Both the position numbers and the translations under genes were made by a program. From an uncultured Alkaliphilus sp. (GTDB taxonomy: Bacteria > Bacillota > Clostridia > Peptostreptococcales > Natronincolaceae), in the NCBI GenBank assembly GCA_964626575.1, contig CAZVFS010000001.1, positions 20,736-82,813 on the forward strand: DNA of 62,078 bases, given 5' to 3'. The notes beneath the pieces were generated by a model. That model searched no databases and was not told where the DNA came from. It saw nothing but the letters and a program-made list of their open reading frames with translations. The stretch's first letter is position 1. Each line of letters opens with the position of its first letter. Positions 20,805-30,883 of this stretch are shown here, in pieces.

Positions 20805-20885
20805 TTAATACACCTCCGCCATGCTATAGTTTTTTAGAACCATTAGATAAAATTAAATTTTTATATCGTATAGATTTGATTGACC

Positions 20886-21983
20886 CTATTTCGCCACTGT
20901 GAATATTTTTCCCGGCATCTGACTTATATAACCCTTGATTTCTAATATAGTTAAAATAGGACTCAATTCGGACACCTTTATTCCGGTTTCATTTATAATC
21001 AAATCAATGTTTACAGGATTCCTTTTTATTACATTGAACACTTGCATTTCCGATTCGCTCAGATCGTCCCTTGCTGATTGTTCCATATCTATTTTGCATA
21101 TCGGATATTTATACTTAAGATTTTCTATTATATCGTCAACTTCAAGCAAAATTCTGGCCCCATCCCTGATCAATTTATTAGTGCCTTTACTTTGCATATT
21201 ATTGATATTGCCGGGCAAAGCGTAGACATCTTTTCCCTGATCAAGTGCAAAATCTACAGTTATCAATGCACCGCTTTTTTCAGGAGCTTCGATTATAACT
21301 ACACCGTCCGATAATCCACTGACAATCCTATTCCTAGCAGGAAAATGATGTTTTAGCGGTGGTGTACCTGAACAATATTCTGAAATAATGCAGCCGTTTT
21401 CAGATATTTTGTCCGTTAACGACCTGTTCGAGGCCGGATAATATTGGTCTAATCCGCACCCCAGGACTCCAATAGTATAACCATTACCGTCTAACGCCCC
21501 TTTATGACTGCATGTATCTATTCCTAAAGCCAGCCCGCTTATAATTCCAACATCCCATTTTGCAAGTTCTTTTGCAAACTGATGCGCCGCCCATTTACCA
21601 TAGGGTGTTGCCCTCCTTGTGCCGACTATAGATATTAAGGGAACATCAAAATTTATTTTACTTCCCTTTATATATAATACATACGGGGGGTCATATATAT
21701 TTTTTAATTTATGGGGATAAGCAGGGTCATAAATCGTTAAAGGCAATATATTGTTGTTATCCAAATTATTAAAAATCCCGGCGATGAATTGTTCGTTTCT
21801 GTTTTCTATAATTTTATCGGCTATTGTATTCCTGCCACCCAGCGCATTAATGATGTGTCTTTTATCCGCATACCAAATTTCTTCGATGTTACAAAAATAG
21901 TTTATTAAACGTTCTATATTTTTATTGCCGATGCCTTCTATATGGCTTAACCATACAACAATATCTTTTTGCCCCGGTTTCAT
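20886..21983 (-). CDS. dprA: DNA processing protein DprA (Smf)
   Basis: Rossmann-like DprA core (VGTRRATPYGKWAAHQFAKELA...GLALGIDTCSHKGAL...SGALITVDFALDQGKDVYALPG). Conserved dprA-topA pairing. Confidence 0.9.
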   Translation of the reverse strand: MKPGQKDIVVWLSHIEGIGNKNIERLINYFCNIEEIWYADKRHIINALGGRNTIADKIIENRNEQFIAGIFNNLDNNNILPLTIYDPAYPHKLKNIYDPPYVLYIKGSKINFDVPLISIVGTRRATPYGKWAAHQFAKELAKWDVGIISGLALGIDTCSHKGALDGNGYTIGVLGCGLDQYYPASNRSLTDKISENGCIISEYCSGTPPLKHHFPARNRIVSGLSDGVVIIEAPEKSGALITVDFALDQGKDVYALPGNINNMQSKGTNKLIRDGARILLEVDDIIENLKYKYPICKIDMEQSARDDLSESEMQVFNVIKRNPVNIDLIINETGIKVSELSPILTILEIKGYISQMPGKIFTVAK

Positions 21984-22111
21984 ACTACATCCCCCAAATG
22001 CTATTTTGTTATAAATAATATACTGCTAGCAACAATCCGGACAAAACATTTTTTTCTTACTAATTATTTTACACCGGCATTATGCCGCAGATAACAAACA
22101 TTTCACATGCT

Positions 22112-23641
22112 TTAAGGAATCAACCCACTAAGATTTCTATATTGCAGGGCCTCCGCCAAATGATTTTCGCAAATAACATCCTGTCTGTCTAAATCGGCTA
22201 TAGTCCTTGCTACCTTTAGAACCCTACTGTATCCTCTGGCACTCAAATTCATTCTGTGAAAAGCCAAATTCATCAATTGTTGAGCAGAAGAATTCAAAGA
22301 ACAGTATTTATTTATTGCTGCTCCGTTTAACTGAGAATTAAATAAATATTTTGTTTTTTTATACCTCTCTAGTTGAATCTCCCTGGCTTTTTCCACGCGT
22401 TTCCTTATTTCTTCAGAAGACTCGGACCCTCTGTTATCGGTCAAGTCTTTATATTTTACAGAAGAGGTTTCAACTATTATATCTATTCTATCCATTAAAG
22501 GACCTGAAATTTTACCAACATACCTGTTTATTTGACCTGCAGAACAATTACATTGCTGTCCGCCATCGGTTCCATAATACCCACATGGACAAGGGTTCAT
22601 TGCGGCCAACAACATAAAATCCGCCGGATAGGTGCACGAACCGTTTATTCTTGATATATGTATAACCTTATCTTCCATAGGTTGTCTTAACACTTCCAAC
22701 GAAGCTTTACTAAATTCCGGGAGTTCATCAAGGAACAGTACACCATAGTGGCTCAGGGATACTTCCCCCGGTTTAGGAATTCTTCCCCCTCCGGTTATAG
22801 CGACTATCGAACTGGTATGATGTGGGGAACGAAACGGCCTGTTGTAAATTAACCCCTCATGTGCATTAAGTAGCCCGGCTACACTGTATATTTTTGTAAT
22901 CTCCAGTGCTTCTTGAAATGTTAACCTTGGAAGTATTGAAGGCAGTCTTCTGGCAGCCATAGTTTTACCGGATCCCGGCGGCCCTATAGTTAGCAGGTTA
23001 TGATTTCCCGATGCCGCAATTTCCAGCGCCCTTTTTAAATTTTCTTGACCGTGTAAATCTTTAAAATCCTCCGAATTGGTTTTTTCGTTACAATTATATT
23101 TAAAGGGGCCTGTATATGTACTTAATCTCTTTTCACCCATAAGATGAAGCATTATATCATTTAAAGTATGTACAGGTATTATTTCCATGCCGTCTACAAT
23201 TTTTGCTTCCTCTAAGTTTTCATATGGTACTATCACCTTTTTTATACCTTTGTTGTACGTTTCCAACAACATCGGTAGTACGCCGTTAACTTTGTTGGTC
23301 TCGCCACCCAGGGATAACTCACCAAGCACCAATGTATCTTCCAACTCTTCTAAAGGAATTTGCATAGATGCACCTAAAATTCCTAAGGCAATGGGCAAAT
23401 CAAAATGGCTACCTTCTTTTTTGATATGCGCCGGCGACAGATTGATTGTAATTCGTTTTAAAGGAAAATCCAACCCACTATTTTTTATAGCAGACCTTAC
23501 TCTGTCTTTGGATTCCTTTATGGCCATGTCGGGCAAACCTACAACATTCACATTAGGTAGACCTTTGGATATATCCACCTCCACTTCTATCATAGTAACC
23601 ATCAGTCCCGTTAGGCAGCAGGTTTTTACCTTCGATAACAT
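22112..23641 (-). CDS. comM: Mg-chelatase-like AAA+ protein ComM/YifB
   Basis: N-terminal Lon-protease-like domain, Walker A GPPGSGKTM, Walker B VLFLDELPEF, and a zinc-ribbon-like insertion (PCPCGYYG...CNC). Confidence 0.9.
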   Translation of the reverse strand: MLSKVKTCCLTGLMVTMIEVEVDISKGLPNVNVVGLPDMAIKESKDRVRSAIKNSGLDFPLKRITINLSPAHIKKEGSHFDLPIALGILGASMQIPLEELEDTLVLGELSLGGETNKVNGVLPMLLETYNKGIKKVIVPYENLEEAKIVDGMEIIPVHTLNDIMLHLMGEKRLSTYTGPFKYNCNEKTNSEDFKDLHGQENLKRALEIAASGNHNLLTIGPPGSGKTMAARRLPSILPRLTFQEALEITKIYSVAGLLNAHEGLIYNRPFRSPHHTSSIVAITGGGRIPKPGEVSLSHYGVLFLDELPEFSKASLEVLRQPMEDKVIHISRINGSCTYPADFMLLAAMNPCPCGYYGTDGGQQCNCSAGQINRYVGKISGPLMDRIDIIVETSSVKYKDLTDNRGSESSEEIRKRVEKAREIQLERYKKTKYLFNSQLNGAAINKYCSLNSSAQQLMNLAFHRMNLSARGYSRVLKVARTIADLDRQDVICENHLAEALQYRNLSGLIP

Positions 23642-23725
23642 AAATTCACTTCCTATTTGTCAGTTTTAGCAGACAAGAACCTTTGTTTTTCTAATTTTTT
23701 ACAAACTGTTGTTCTGCATGAATAA

Positions 23726-24079
23726 TCAAAATGCATTTTCCATATGATCTATTTTATACTTTTTCCCCATCAATCTTACTTCTATAACATCAAATCTGTA
23801 ACTAAAACAACCGGTATCTAATTTTTTATGCTTTATATACTGCTGCGATAATTTTCGTATTGTTTGTTGTTTTTTATAATTTACCGCTTCCGAAGGTATT
23901 CCATATGCATCTGAAGTCCTGGTTTTGACCTCAATAAATATGATAATATTTTGGTCCCTTGCAATAATATCCAGCTCACCCAATTTTGTACGATAATTGC
24001 GCTCTAAAATGTTATAGCCTTCATTTTTTATATGGTTTGCCGCTAATTCTTCCCCTATCAAACCTATATGTCTATTCAT
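23726..24079 (-). CDS. yraN: YraN-family (UPF0102) endonuclease-like protein
   Basis: 117 aa. GEELAANHIKNEGYNILERNYRTKLGELDIIA...IIFIEVKTR is the family signature. Confidence 0.85.
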   Translation of the reverse strand: MNRHIGLIGEELAANHIKNEGYNILERNYRTKLGELDIIARDQNIIIFIEVKTRTSDAYGIPSEAVNYKKQQTIRKLSQQYIKHKKLDTGCFSYRFDVIEVRLMGKKYKIDHMENAF

Positions 24080-24096
24080 GGCATTATCTCCTAGAT

Positions 24097-24708
24097 TTAT
24101 AATATTCTACCCAAAAACGTTTGTCTATGCATGGGACTTGCGCCATACTGTTTCAATGCTTCCCTATGGGCCTTCGTGCCGTAGCCCTTATTTTGCTTAA
24201 TGTTGTAATTTGGATATTTCGTATGCCATCTTTCACATAGCCTGTCCCTCAACACCTTGGCCACTATGGAAGATGCTGCTATACCATGACTGAAATCATC
24301 GCCCTTGATGATTGCTCTTTGTGGAACAGACAAATCTACCTTTTCTGCATCTATCAATATATAATCGGGAATAATTTTATTTTCATTTTTATCCTTAATC
24401 GATAAGATAGCTTTTTTCATTGCTAATTTCGTAGCATTTTTTATGTTAATTTTATCAATAATTTCTGCAGAGACTGTGCCTACCCCCATAGCTATACATT
24501 TTTCTTTAATAATTTCATACAATTGTTCCCTTTTTTTAGGAGATAACTTTTTAGAGTCCTTAACGCCTTCTATGAACAGGCCTTTCGGCATGATAACCGC
24601 CGCGGCCAAAACCGAACCGAACAGACATCCACGGCCTACTTCGTCGCAAAAAGCTATATAATTATATCCCTCGTTCCATATCGCATTTTCTATATCCAAT
24701 GTAGGCAT
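24097..24708 (-). CDS. rnhB: ribonuclease HII
   Basis: CDEVGRGCLFGSVLAAAV (DEVGRG active-site motif) and KDSKKLSPKKRE. Confidence 0.9.
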   Translation of the reverse strand: MPTLDIENAIWNEGYNYIAFCDEVGRGCLFGSVLAAAVIMPKGLFIEGVKDSKKLSPKKREQLYEIIKEKCIAMGVGTVSAEIIDKINIKNATKLAMKKAILSIKDKNENKIIPDYILIDAEKVDLSVPQRAIIKGDDFSHGIAASSIVAKVLRDRLCERWHTKYPNYNIKQNKGYGTKAHREALKQYGASPMHRQTFLGRIL

Positions 24709-24743
24709 TTAGTAATCCCCTTTTTATTTCCCCATCACCCTGT

Positions 24744-25586
24744 TTACGGTTTTTCTAGAGAAATACGTCCAATTGTTGCAGACCTGAACTCATCTAATAT
24801 TATATTCGATATTCTAAAATAATCAATTTCATTTCCTTTTAAAACACATCCCCTGCTTCTTGCTATGCAATTCATCAAGTCTATAACGGTGTCATACTCA
24901 CCCTCCACCTTATATCTTCCAATAATTTTTTCTTTATAATTGGCCCATAGCATTTCCAGCAGTTTATATGCCAATGTTTCAATATCCATTATTTCATCTT
25001 TAATAGCCCCTGTAAACGCTAAATTTAATGCAACAGCGGAATTTTCAATCTTTGGCCACAAAACACCCGGAGTATCCAACAGCTCCATATTTTTTCTCAG
25101 TCTGATCCACTGTTTCCCTTTAGTTACCCCCGGTTTGGCCCCTATTTGTGTACTTTTTCTCCCCGCCAATTTATTAATGAGGGATGATTTCCCAACGTTT
25201 GGTATTCCAACAACCATTATTCTGGCAGGCCTCGGCCTTCTCCCCTTTTCCGCCAAGGCATCCATTTTGACTTTTAAAATCCCTTCGCTTTCCTTTATTA
25301 CCTGCCTTATTCCACTACCTGTAATTGTGTCTACAGGAACGGCTACCATTTGCCGTATTTTAAAATATTCCGTCCACATAGACGTAACTTGGGGATCTGC
25401 TAAATCAATTTTATTGAGTACAATAATTTTAGGCTTATTACCTATAATTTGTCCCAAATCGGGATTCCTACTGCTTAGCGGTATACGAGCGTCCAGCAGC
25501 TCATATACCATATCCACAAGTTTAAGCTGTTCCCTCAAGAGCTCTTTAGTTTTTTTCATATGCCCCGGATACCAATTAATGTTCAT
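24744..25586 (-). CDS. rbgA: ribosome biogenesis GTPase A (YlqF)
   Basis: Circularly permuted GTPase (NWYPGHMKKT; LNKIDL; GIPNVGKSSLINKL; DTPGVLWPK). Start at 25586; the longest ORF starts at 25607. Confidence 0.9.
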   Translation of the reverse strand: MNINWYPGHMKKTKELLREQLKLVDMVYELLDARIPLSSRNPDLGQIIGNKPKIIVLNKIDLADPQVTSMWTEYFKIRQMVAVPVDTITGSGIRQVIKESEGILKVKMDALAEKGRRPRPARIMVVGIPNVGKSSLINKLAGRKSTQIGAKPGVTKGKQWIRLRKNMELLDTPGVLWPKIENSAVALNLAFTGAIKDEIMDIETLAYKLLEMLWANYKEKIIGRYKVEGEYDTVIDLMNCIARSRGCVLKGNEIDYFRISNIILDEFRSATIGRISLEKP

Positions 25587-25617
25587 TGTCCCTACCCCCA
25601 AAAACATACTATATATA

Positions 25618-25645
25618 ACAATAAAGAGACTGATGTCAGTCCCTT
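25618..25645 (-). terminator. candidate leaky terminator after rplS
   Basis: The minus RNA forms GGGACUGA-CA-UCAGUCUC (one G-U pair) followed by UUUAUUGUU. Confidence 0.4.
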
Positions 25646-25649
25646 CAAG

Positions 25650-26000
25650 TTAGTATCTTTTTCTTTCTTTAATTTTAAATGCCGCTTTACCAACTCTGTT
25701 ACGCAGGTAATAGGTTTTAGCCCTTCTGGCTTTGCCCCTTCTGATAACTTCAACCTTTTCTATCCTGGGGGAATGTACAGGGAATGTCCTTTCCACCCCT
25801 ACACCGGAAGCTATCCTTCTTACCGTAAAAGTCTCGGCAATTCCGCCTCCCTGTCTTTTGATTATAATACCTTCGAATACCTGGATTCTCTCTCTGGCTC
25901 CTTCTTTGATTTTAACATGTACCCTGACAGTATCTCCGGTACCGAATTCATTAATATCCTTTTTTAGCTGTTCATTTGTAATCATTTTTAAGATATCCAT
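25650..26000 (-). CDS. rplS: 50S ribosomal protein L19
   Basis: [34 protein letters not shown]...RRAKTYYLR. Start at 26000 has a GGAGAGAGG SD. Confidence 0.95.
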   Translation of the reverse strand: MDILKMITNEQLKKDINEFGTGDTVRVHVKIKEGARERIQVFEGIIIKRQGGGIAETFTVRRIASGVGVERTFPVHSPRIEKVEVIRRGKARRAKTYYLRNRVGKAAFKIKERKRY

Positions 26001-26095
26001 AATTGCCTCTCTCCTTCTCATAGACGTTCTTATAATGTATAGAGGACCGTCCGTTTTACCCTGTAAATTATATCATAGCAACTAAAATATGACAA
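26001..26095 (-). promoter_or_regulatory. rplS promoter (TTGTCA-17-TATAAT with TGA extended -10) plus about 65-nt leader with an anti-SD CCUCU segment (possible L19-leader-type autoregulation)
   Basis: -35 at 26090-26095 and -10 at 26067-26072, both hand verified. The leader contains GGACGGUCCUCU, which can pair with the AGAGG of the SD. Confidence 0.45.
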
Positions 26096-26133
26096 TATAC
26101 AATGGTCAATATTCAGCCCGATTGCTATCCTCC

Positions 26134-26868
26134 TCAACATTGTTTTAAAAATTCCTTGTCTTCATCAGTTAATTCTATATTTTTTAATAATTCCGGCCGT
26201 CTTTTACAGGTCAGTTTCAAAGATTCCCTTCTTCTCCATTCATCAATTTTTTTATGATTACCGGAAATGAGTGTATCGGGTACCTTCAAGCCCTTGAAAC
26301 TGACAGGCCTGGTATATTGCGGGTACTCCAACAGACCGGAATAAAAAGTTTCATCCTTATAGCATTGGCTTTGTGATAATACCCCCGGCAACAACCTGGT
26401 TATAGAATCTATAAGTACCATAGCCGGTATCTCCCCACCTGTTAATACATAATCCCCTATTGAAATTTCGTCGGTTACAATTTCATCTATTACTCTCTGA
26501 TCGACTCCTTCATAATGGCCACAGAGCATTACAATGAATCTTTCCCTGGAGAGTTTAACCGCCATGTCTTGGTTAAAAACTTTGCCCTTTGGGGATAGAT
26601 AAACAACTTTTGGTTTTTCATCTTCTTTTAAACCAAGCATACTAACTACATGTTTGTAACAATCAAAAATAGGTTGGGGAGTCATAACCATTCCGGGACC
26701 TCCGCCATACGGATAATCATCTACTTTTTTGTGTTTGTTATTAGAAAAATCCCGTATATTGATATATTCCAGATCAATAATGTTCTTTTCTTTTGCGCGC
26801 CGGATTATACTGTTGTCTAGTGGTCCAAGAAACATTTCAGGAAACAAGGTCATTATTTTAATTATCAT
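26134..26868 (-). CDS. trmD: tRNA (guanine37-N1)-methyltransferase TrmD
   Basis: IKIMTLFPEMF...DDYPYGGGPGMVM...CGHYEGVDQRV...SIGDYVLTGGE. Start at 26868 overlaps the rimM stop (TAATG). The longest ORF (start at 26919) adds an implausible basic extension. Confidence 0.95.
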   Translation of the reverse strand: MIIKIMTLFPEMFLGPLDNSIIRRAKEKNIIDLEYINIRDFSNNKHKKVDDYPYGGGPGMVMTPQPIFDCYKHVVSMLGLKEDEKPKVVYLSPKGKVFNQDMAVKLSRERFIVMLCGHYEGVDQRVIDEIVTDEISIGDYVLTGGEIPAMVLIDSITRLLPGVLSQSQCYKDETFYSGLLEYPQYTRPVSFKGLKVPDTLISGNHKKIDEWRRRESLKLTCKRRPELLKNIELTDEDKEFLKQC

Positions 26869-27368
26869 TATATCATCCCTTCGATAGGATCTATAATAAT
26901 TTTTCCTTCCTCCAGACAAATTTCAAGTATAAATTCTCTAACAGCAGGTATCAAAATTTCTTTGTCGTTTTCATCTTCAATGACATATACCTCATTGGAA
27001 CCCGTTTGGATTATGTCCTTTACTTTGCCAATATGTTCATTTTCTACCGTGTAGATATCCAATCCAATAATGTCGGCTATATAATGGGTATCTTCCGGCA
27101 GAACCCTTCGCTGACTTTCATCAATAAGTAAATATTTGCCTCTGAATTTTTCAACTGAGCTGATATCTCCATACCCTTTAAAAGACAAAAGCACAACAGT
27201 GGGCATATATTTCACATTTCTTATATAAAATTTTTCATTGTTACCATCCATATAAACCCAGTCAAGTTCTTCAAAACGCTCCGCATAATCCGTAAGGGGA
27301 AGCACCTTTAAATCCCCTTTTATTCCATGTGTATTAATTATTTTACCTACTCTTAACATCTTTCTCAT
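26868..27368 (-). CDS. rimM: 16S rRNA processing protein RimM
   Basis: LRVGKIINTHGIKGDLKV N-terminus plus a PRC-barrel C-terminal domain. Confidence 0.9.
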   Translation of the reverse strand: MRKMLRVGKIINTHGIKGDLKVLPLTDYAERFEELDWVYMDGNNEKFYIRNVKYMPTVVLLSFKGYGDISSVEKFRGKYLLIDESQRRVLPEDTHYIADIIGLDIYTVENEHIGKVKDIIQTGSNEVYVIEDENDKEILIPAVREFILEICLEEGKIIIDPIEGMI

Positions 27369-27427
27369 ATAGATATATGCTCCCTTTTCTAAACATGCTG
27401 CAGACGAGGATTAAATTTGCCTTGATA

Positions 27428-27664
27428 TTACTGAATAATTTCAACGATTACCCTCTTGTTTTGCTTTGTGGCAGCAGCTTTTACAACTGTCCTAATTGCC
27501 TTGGCAATCCTTCCTTGCTTACCGATTACCTTGCCCATATCCTCGGGAGCAACTTTTAATTCCAGGATAATTGATCGATTTCCTTCTATTTCATTAACAT
27601 TCACCTGTTCAGGATTATCTACCAACCCTTTAGCAATAACTTCTACTAAATGACCCATTTTCAT
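27428..27664 (-). CDS. khpA: KH-domain RNA-binding protein (YlqC/KhpA)
   Basis: 78 aa containing GKVIGKQGRIAKAIRTVV (GxxG KH motif). Lies between rpsP and rimM. Confidence 0.85.
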   Translation of the reverse strand: MKMGHLVEVIAKGLVDNPEQVNVNEIEGNRSIILELKVAPEDMGKVIGKQGRIAKAIRTVVKAAATKQNKRVIVEIIQ

Positions 27665-27683
27665 GCCTCCTAAATTAAGGTAA

Positions 27684-27929
27684 TTATTGAATTATGCCAT
27701 CCTTTTTGAATAAGGCTTTCACCGTATCCGTAGGTTGTGCACCATCCTTTAGCCATTTTTCCGCTTTTTCACCATCAATTTTAATTTGTTTTGGTTCGGA
27801 AATTGGATTGTAATATCCAATCTCTTCTATGAATCTTCCGTCTCTCGGGGCTCTTGAATCTGCAACCACTATCCTGTAAAAAGGCCTTTTGTTTGCACCC
27901 ATTCTTTTCAATCTGATTTTAACTGCCAT
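27684..27929 (-). CDS. rpsP: 30S ribosomal protein S16
   Basis: [42 protein letters not shown]. Confidence 0.95.
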   Translation of the reverse strand: MAVKIRLKRMGANKRPFYRIVVADSRAPRDGRFIEEIGYYNPISEPKQIKIDGEKAEKWLKDGAQPTDTVKALFKKDGIIQ

Positions 27930-27955
27930 GATCTCACCTCCTTAAAAAGTAATTA

Positions 27956-29308
27956 CTACCTGCCGAAAAAAGGCATTTTAATTTTTCCACCTTTTTTCAT
28001 CGATCTTTCCATGTCTGTAAATTGTTTCATCATCTTTCTGGTTTGTTCAAATTGTTTTAATAATTTGTTTACCTGTTGCACGGAAGTTCCACTGCCAATT
28101 GCAATTCTCTTTCTTCTGCTCCCATTAATAATGCTCGGATTTTGCCTTTCTTCCCGGGTCATAGACTGTATAATAGCTTTGACATATACCAATTCTCTGT
28201 CATCTATATCCAAATTTTTAAATTGTTTACTCCCTATACCCGGAATCATCTCAAGTATTTGGCTGAGCGACCCCATCTGTTGCACTTGCTGGAGTTGATC
28301 CAAAAAATCATCAAAAGTAAACTGTTGGCTTCTAATTTTTTCTTCCAACTCTTTGGCCTTTTTAGCATCAAAGCCTTCCTGTGCTTTTTCGATGAGACTG
28401 AGCATATCACCCATGCCCAAAATTCTAGACGCCATTCTATCCGGATGAAACGGTTCTAAATCATCAAGTTTTTCACCGATTCCCACAAATTTGATAGGTT
28501 TATCAGTCACCGCCCTGACTGATAGAGCGGCGCCCCCGCGTGCATCCCCATCTAATTTCGTTAATACAACACCATCAATACCTAACCCCTCATTAAAATG
28601 TTCCGCGACATTTACCGCATCCTGGCCTGTCATAGAATCTACTACCAAAAGTATTTCATGGGGTTTAATTGTAGATTTTATGTTTTTAAGCTCCTCCATA
28701 AGTTCTTCATCAATATGAAGTCTACCGGCCGTATCTATTAGAACAATATCATTGCCGTTATTAATGCTATGTTCTATACCTGCCTTTACAATTTCTACCG
28801 GGCTTTGTTTATCCCCCATAGTAAATACCGGTGCCCCTACATTTTCACCCACAACTTGGAGTTGTTTTATAGCTGCCGGTCTATATATATCTCCGGCTAT
28901 TAACAAAGGTCTCTTCCCTTGCTTTTTCAACATCCCTGCTAATTTGCCGGCGGTTGTCGTTTTACCTGTTCCCTGCAGACCTACAAGCATTACAATTGTG
29001 GGAGGCTTAGAAGCAAAATTAATTTTACTTTGTGCCCTGCCCATCAATTCTGTCAATTCCTCATTTACTATTTTTATAACTTGTTGGGCCGGGGTTAAAC
29101 TCTCCAGAACCTCAGAACCTATTGCCCTCTCTTTAATCTTGTTTACAAAATCCTTGGCAACTTTGAAATTAACATCCGCCTCCAGAAGAGCAAGCCTTAT
29201 TTCTCTCATGGCGTCATTTACATCTTTTTCTGTTAGTTTTCCTTTGTTTTTCAGTTTTTTGAATGCATTTTGAAGTTTTTCCGATAAACTTTCGAAAATC
29301 ATAGCCAC
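27956..29308 (-). CDS. ffh: signal recognition particle protein Ffh
   Basis: N/G domains (GLQGTGKTTTAGKLA; DTAGRL; TKLDGDARGGAALS) and a Met-rich M domain. Confidence 0.95.
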   Translation of the reverse strand: MAMIFESLSEKLQNAFKKLKNKGKLTEKDVNDAMREIRLALLEADVNFKVAKDFVNKIKERAIGSEVLESLTPAQQVIKIVNEELTELMGRAQSKINFASKPPTIVMLVGLQGTGKTTTAGKLAGMLKKQGKRPLLIAGDIYRPAAIKQLQVVGENVGAPVFTMGDKQSPVEIVKAGIEHSINNGNDIVLIDTAGRLHIDEELMEELKNIKSTIKPHEILLVVDSMTGQDAVNVAEHFNEGLGIDGVVLTKLDGDARGGAALSVRAVTDKPIKFVGIGEKLDDLEPFHPDRMASRILGMGDMLSLIEKAQEGFDAKKAKELEEKIRSQQFTFDDFLDQLQQVQQMGSLSQILEMIPGIGSKQFKNLDIDDRELVYVKAIIQSMTREERQNPSIINGSRRKRIAIGSGTSVQQVNKLLKQFEQTRKMMKQFTDMERSMKKGGKIKMPFFGR

Positions 29309-29325
29309 ACCTCTCTCATAAAGGC

Positions 29326-29694
29326 CTAATCATTTAAAACCTTATATAACTCATCTTTAATACGAAAAATTTGTTTTGTCAATTGCTTTGAGGAAGGAAT
29401 TGAATCCAGTTCGTTTTCCAGATTAATTATACCGTCTAATATATTTAAAATTTTCCTGTTTTTGATGTTCGTAAGCTTTATAAAGTTGAGCTTTTCTTCA
29501 TATTGGTATAATAATCTTTCCGTTCTTTTTAACATGTCATAAACGGCCTGTCTGGATACATCGAGTTCTTCGGCTATTTCTCCTAGGGATAGATCCTGGT
29601 TATAGTAGAGATCAACTATATCTCTCTGCTTTTCGGTTAACAACTGACTGTAAAAATCATACAAAACCGAAATTTCTACTGTTTTTTTTAACAT
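29326..29694 (-). CDS. ylxM: YlxM/p13-like putative DNA-binding protein (UPF0122)
   Basis: 122 aa with a sigma-70 region-4-like HTH (LSLGEIAEELDVSRQAVYDMLKR). Conserved partner upstream of ffh. Confidence 0.85.
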   Translation of the reverse strand: MLKKTVEISVLYDFYSQLLTEKQRDIVDLYYNQDLSLGEIAEELDVSRQAVYDMLKRTERLLYQYEEKLNFIKLTNIKNRKILNILDGIINLENELDSIPSSKQLTKQIFRIKDELYKVLND

Positions 29695-29745
29695 ATGGGC
29701 ACTTCCAATCGTTTATCTGTAAAGTAAAACTACTTTACAGGTGCA

Positions 29746-29774
29746 ATTCTATACTAAAGAAGGTCGTGTGTCAA
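29746..29774 (-). promoter_or_regulatory. sigma-A promoter for ylxM-ffh (TTGACA-17-TAGAAT)
   Basis: Minus strand reads TTGACA CACGACCTTCTTTAGTA TAGAAT, directly after the ftsY stop. A 10-bp hairpin (29717-29740, CTGTAAAGTA/TACTTTACAG) lies in the predicted leader. Confidence 0.55.
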
Positions 29775-29779
29775 GTATT

Positions 29780-30865
29780 TTATTCATCCTCCCCAAATAT
29801 TGCCTCAACGAATGTTTTAGGATTAAATTCCTGTAAATCCTCCATCCGCTCTCCAACTCCTATTAGCTTAACGGGAATGTTCAATTCTTTGCTTATTCCT
29901 ATGACTATTCCGCCTTTTGCCGTTCCGTCCAGTTTTGTCAACACAAGACCGGTAATCTGTGCCACCTCCCCAAATACCTTTGCTTGTTGGATAGCATTTT
30001 GTCCGGTGGTAGCGTCCAAAACTAACAAAACCTCTTTAGACGCATCAGCATATTCCCGATCCACAATCCTGAATATTTTGCCTAACTCATTCATCAGGTT
30101 CTTTTTATTATGAAGCCTGCCCGCAGTGTCACATATCAGCACATCTATGTTCCGTGCCTTTGCAGCATGTATGGCATCATATATAACAGCGGCAGGATCT
30201 GCTCCCTCTTGATGCCGTATTACATCCACGCCCACTCTGTCGCCCCAAATTTTTAGCTGGTCTATAGCAGCCGCCCGAAAAGTATCTCCTGCAGCCAACA
30301 ATACCTTTTTGCCCTTGTTTTTCAGACAATAAGCCATCTTAGCAATGGAAGTCGTTTTCCCGACACCGTTTACACCCACTGCTAAAATGATTGCAGGTGA
30401 AGGTTCTATGTTTATTTGGGTATCTGATAACTCTTCCAGTATCCCTTTCAATTTTTCTATAAGCAATTTTCTAATCTGGATAGGTTCTGAAATTTTTTCC
30501 GTTTTGACCCTGTCTCTTAAATCATCCACTATTTCCATTGTAGTCTGAACACCGATGTCCGCGGTAATCAAAATTTCTTCAAGTTCCTCAAATAAGTCCT
30601 CGTCTATCTTTTTATATAATTTAAGTAAATCGTCAACTCTGTCGGTAATACCTTTTTTAGTTTTAGAAAGCCCGTCTCTTAATCGCTTAAACAAACTGAA
30701 TTTAGGTGCATCTTCCGTTTCTTCCGCCTGTACCCCATAATCTTCCGTTTTCTCTTCATTTAAATTATCTTTTTCGTCGCCTCTATGTTCCCCCATCTCT
30801 GGAGGATTCTCCGTTCTATTATCTTTTCCCGTAAATTTGTCAATAAAATTTTTAAACATTTCCAT
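29780..30865 (-). CDS. ftsY: signal recognition particle receptor FtsY
   Basis: Acidic N-terminal region plus NG domain ([15 protein letters not shown]; DTAGRLH; [10 protein letters not shown]). Confidence 0.95.
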   Translation of the reverse strand: MEMFKNFIDKFTGKDNRTENPPEMGEHRGDEKDNLNEEKTEDYGVQAEETEDAPKFSLFKRLRDGLSKTKKGITDRVDDLLKLYKKIDEDLFEELEEILITADIGVQTTMEIVDDLRDRVKTEKISEPIQIRKLLIEKLKGILEELSDTQINIEPSPAIILAVGVNGVGKTTSIAKMAYCLKNKGKKVLLAAGDTFRAAAIDQLKIWGDRVGVDVIRHQEGADPAAVIYDAIHAAKARNIDVLICDTAGRLHNKKNLMNELGKIFRIVDREYADASKEVLLVLDATTGQNAIQQAKVFGEVAQITGLVLTKLDGTAKGGIVIGISKELNIPVKLIGVGERMEDLQEFNPKTFVEAIFGEDE

Positions 30866-30883
30866 CTTCCCCTTTAAACAAAA

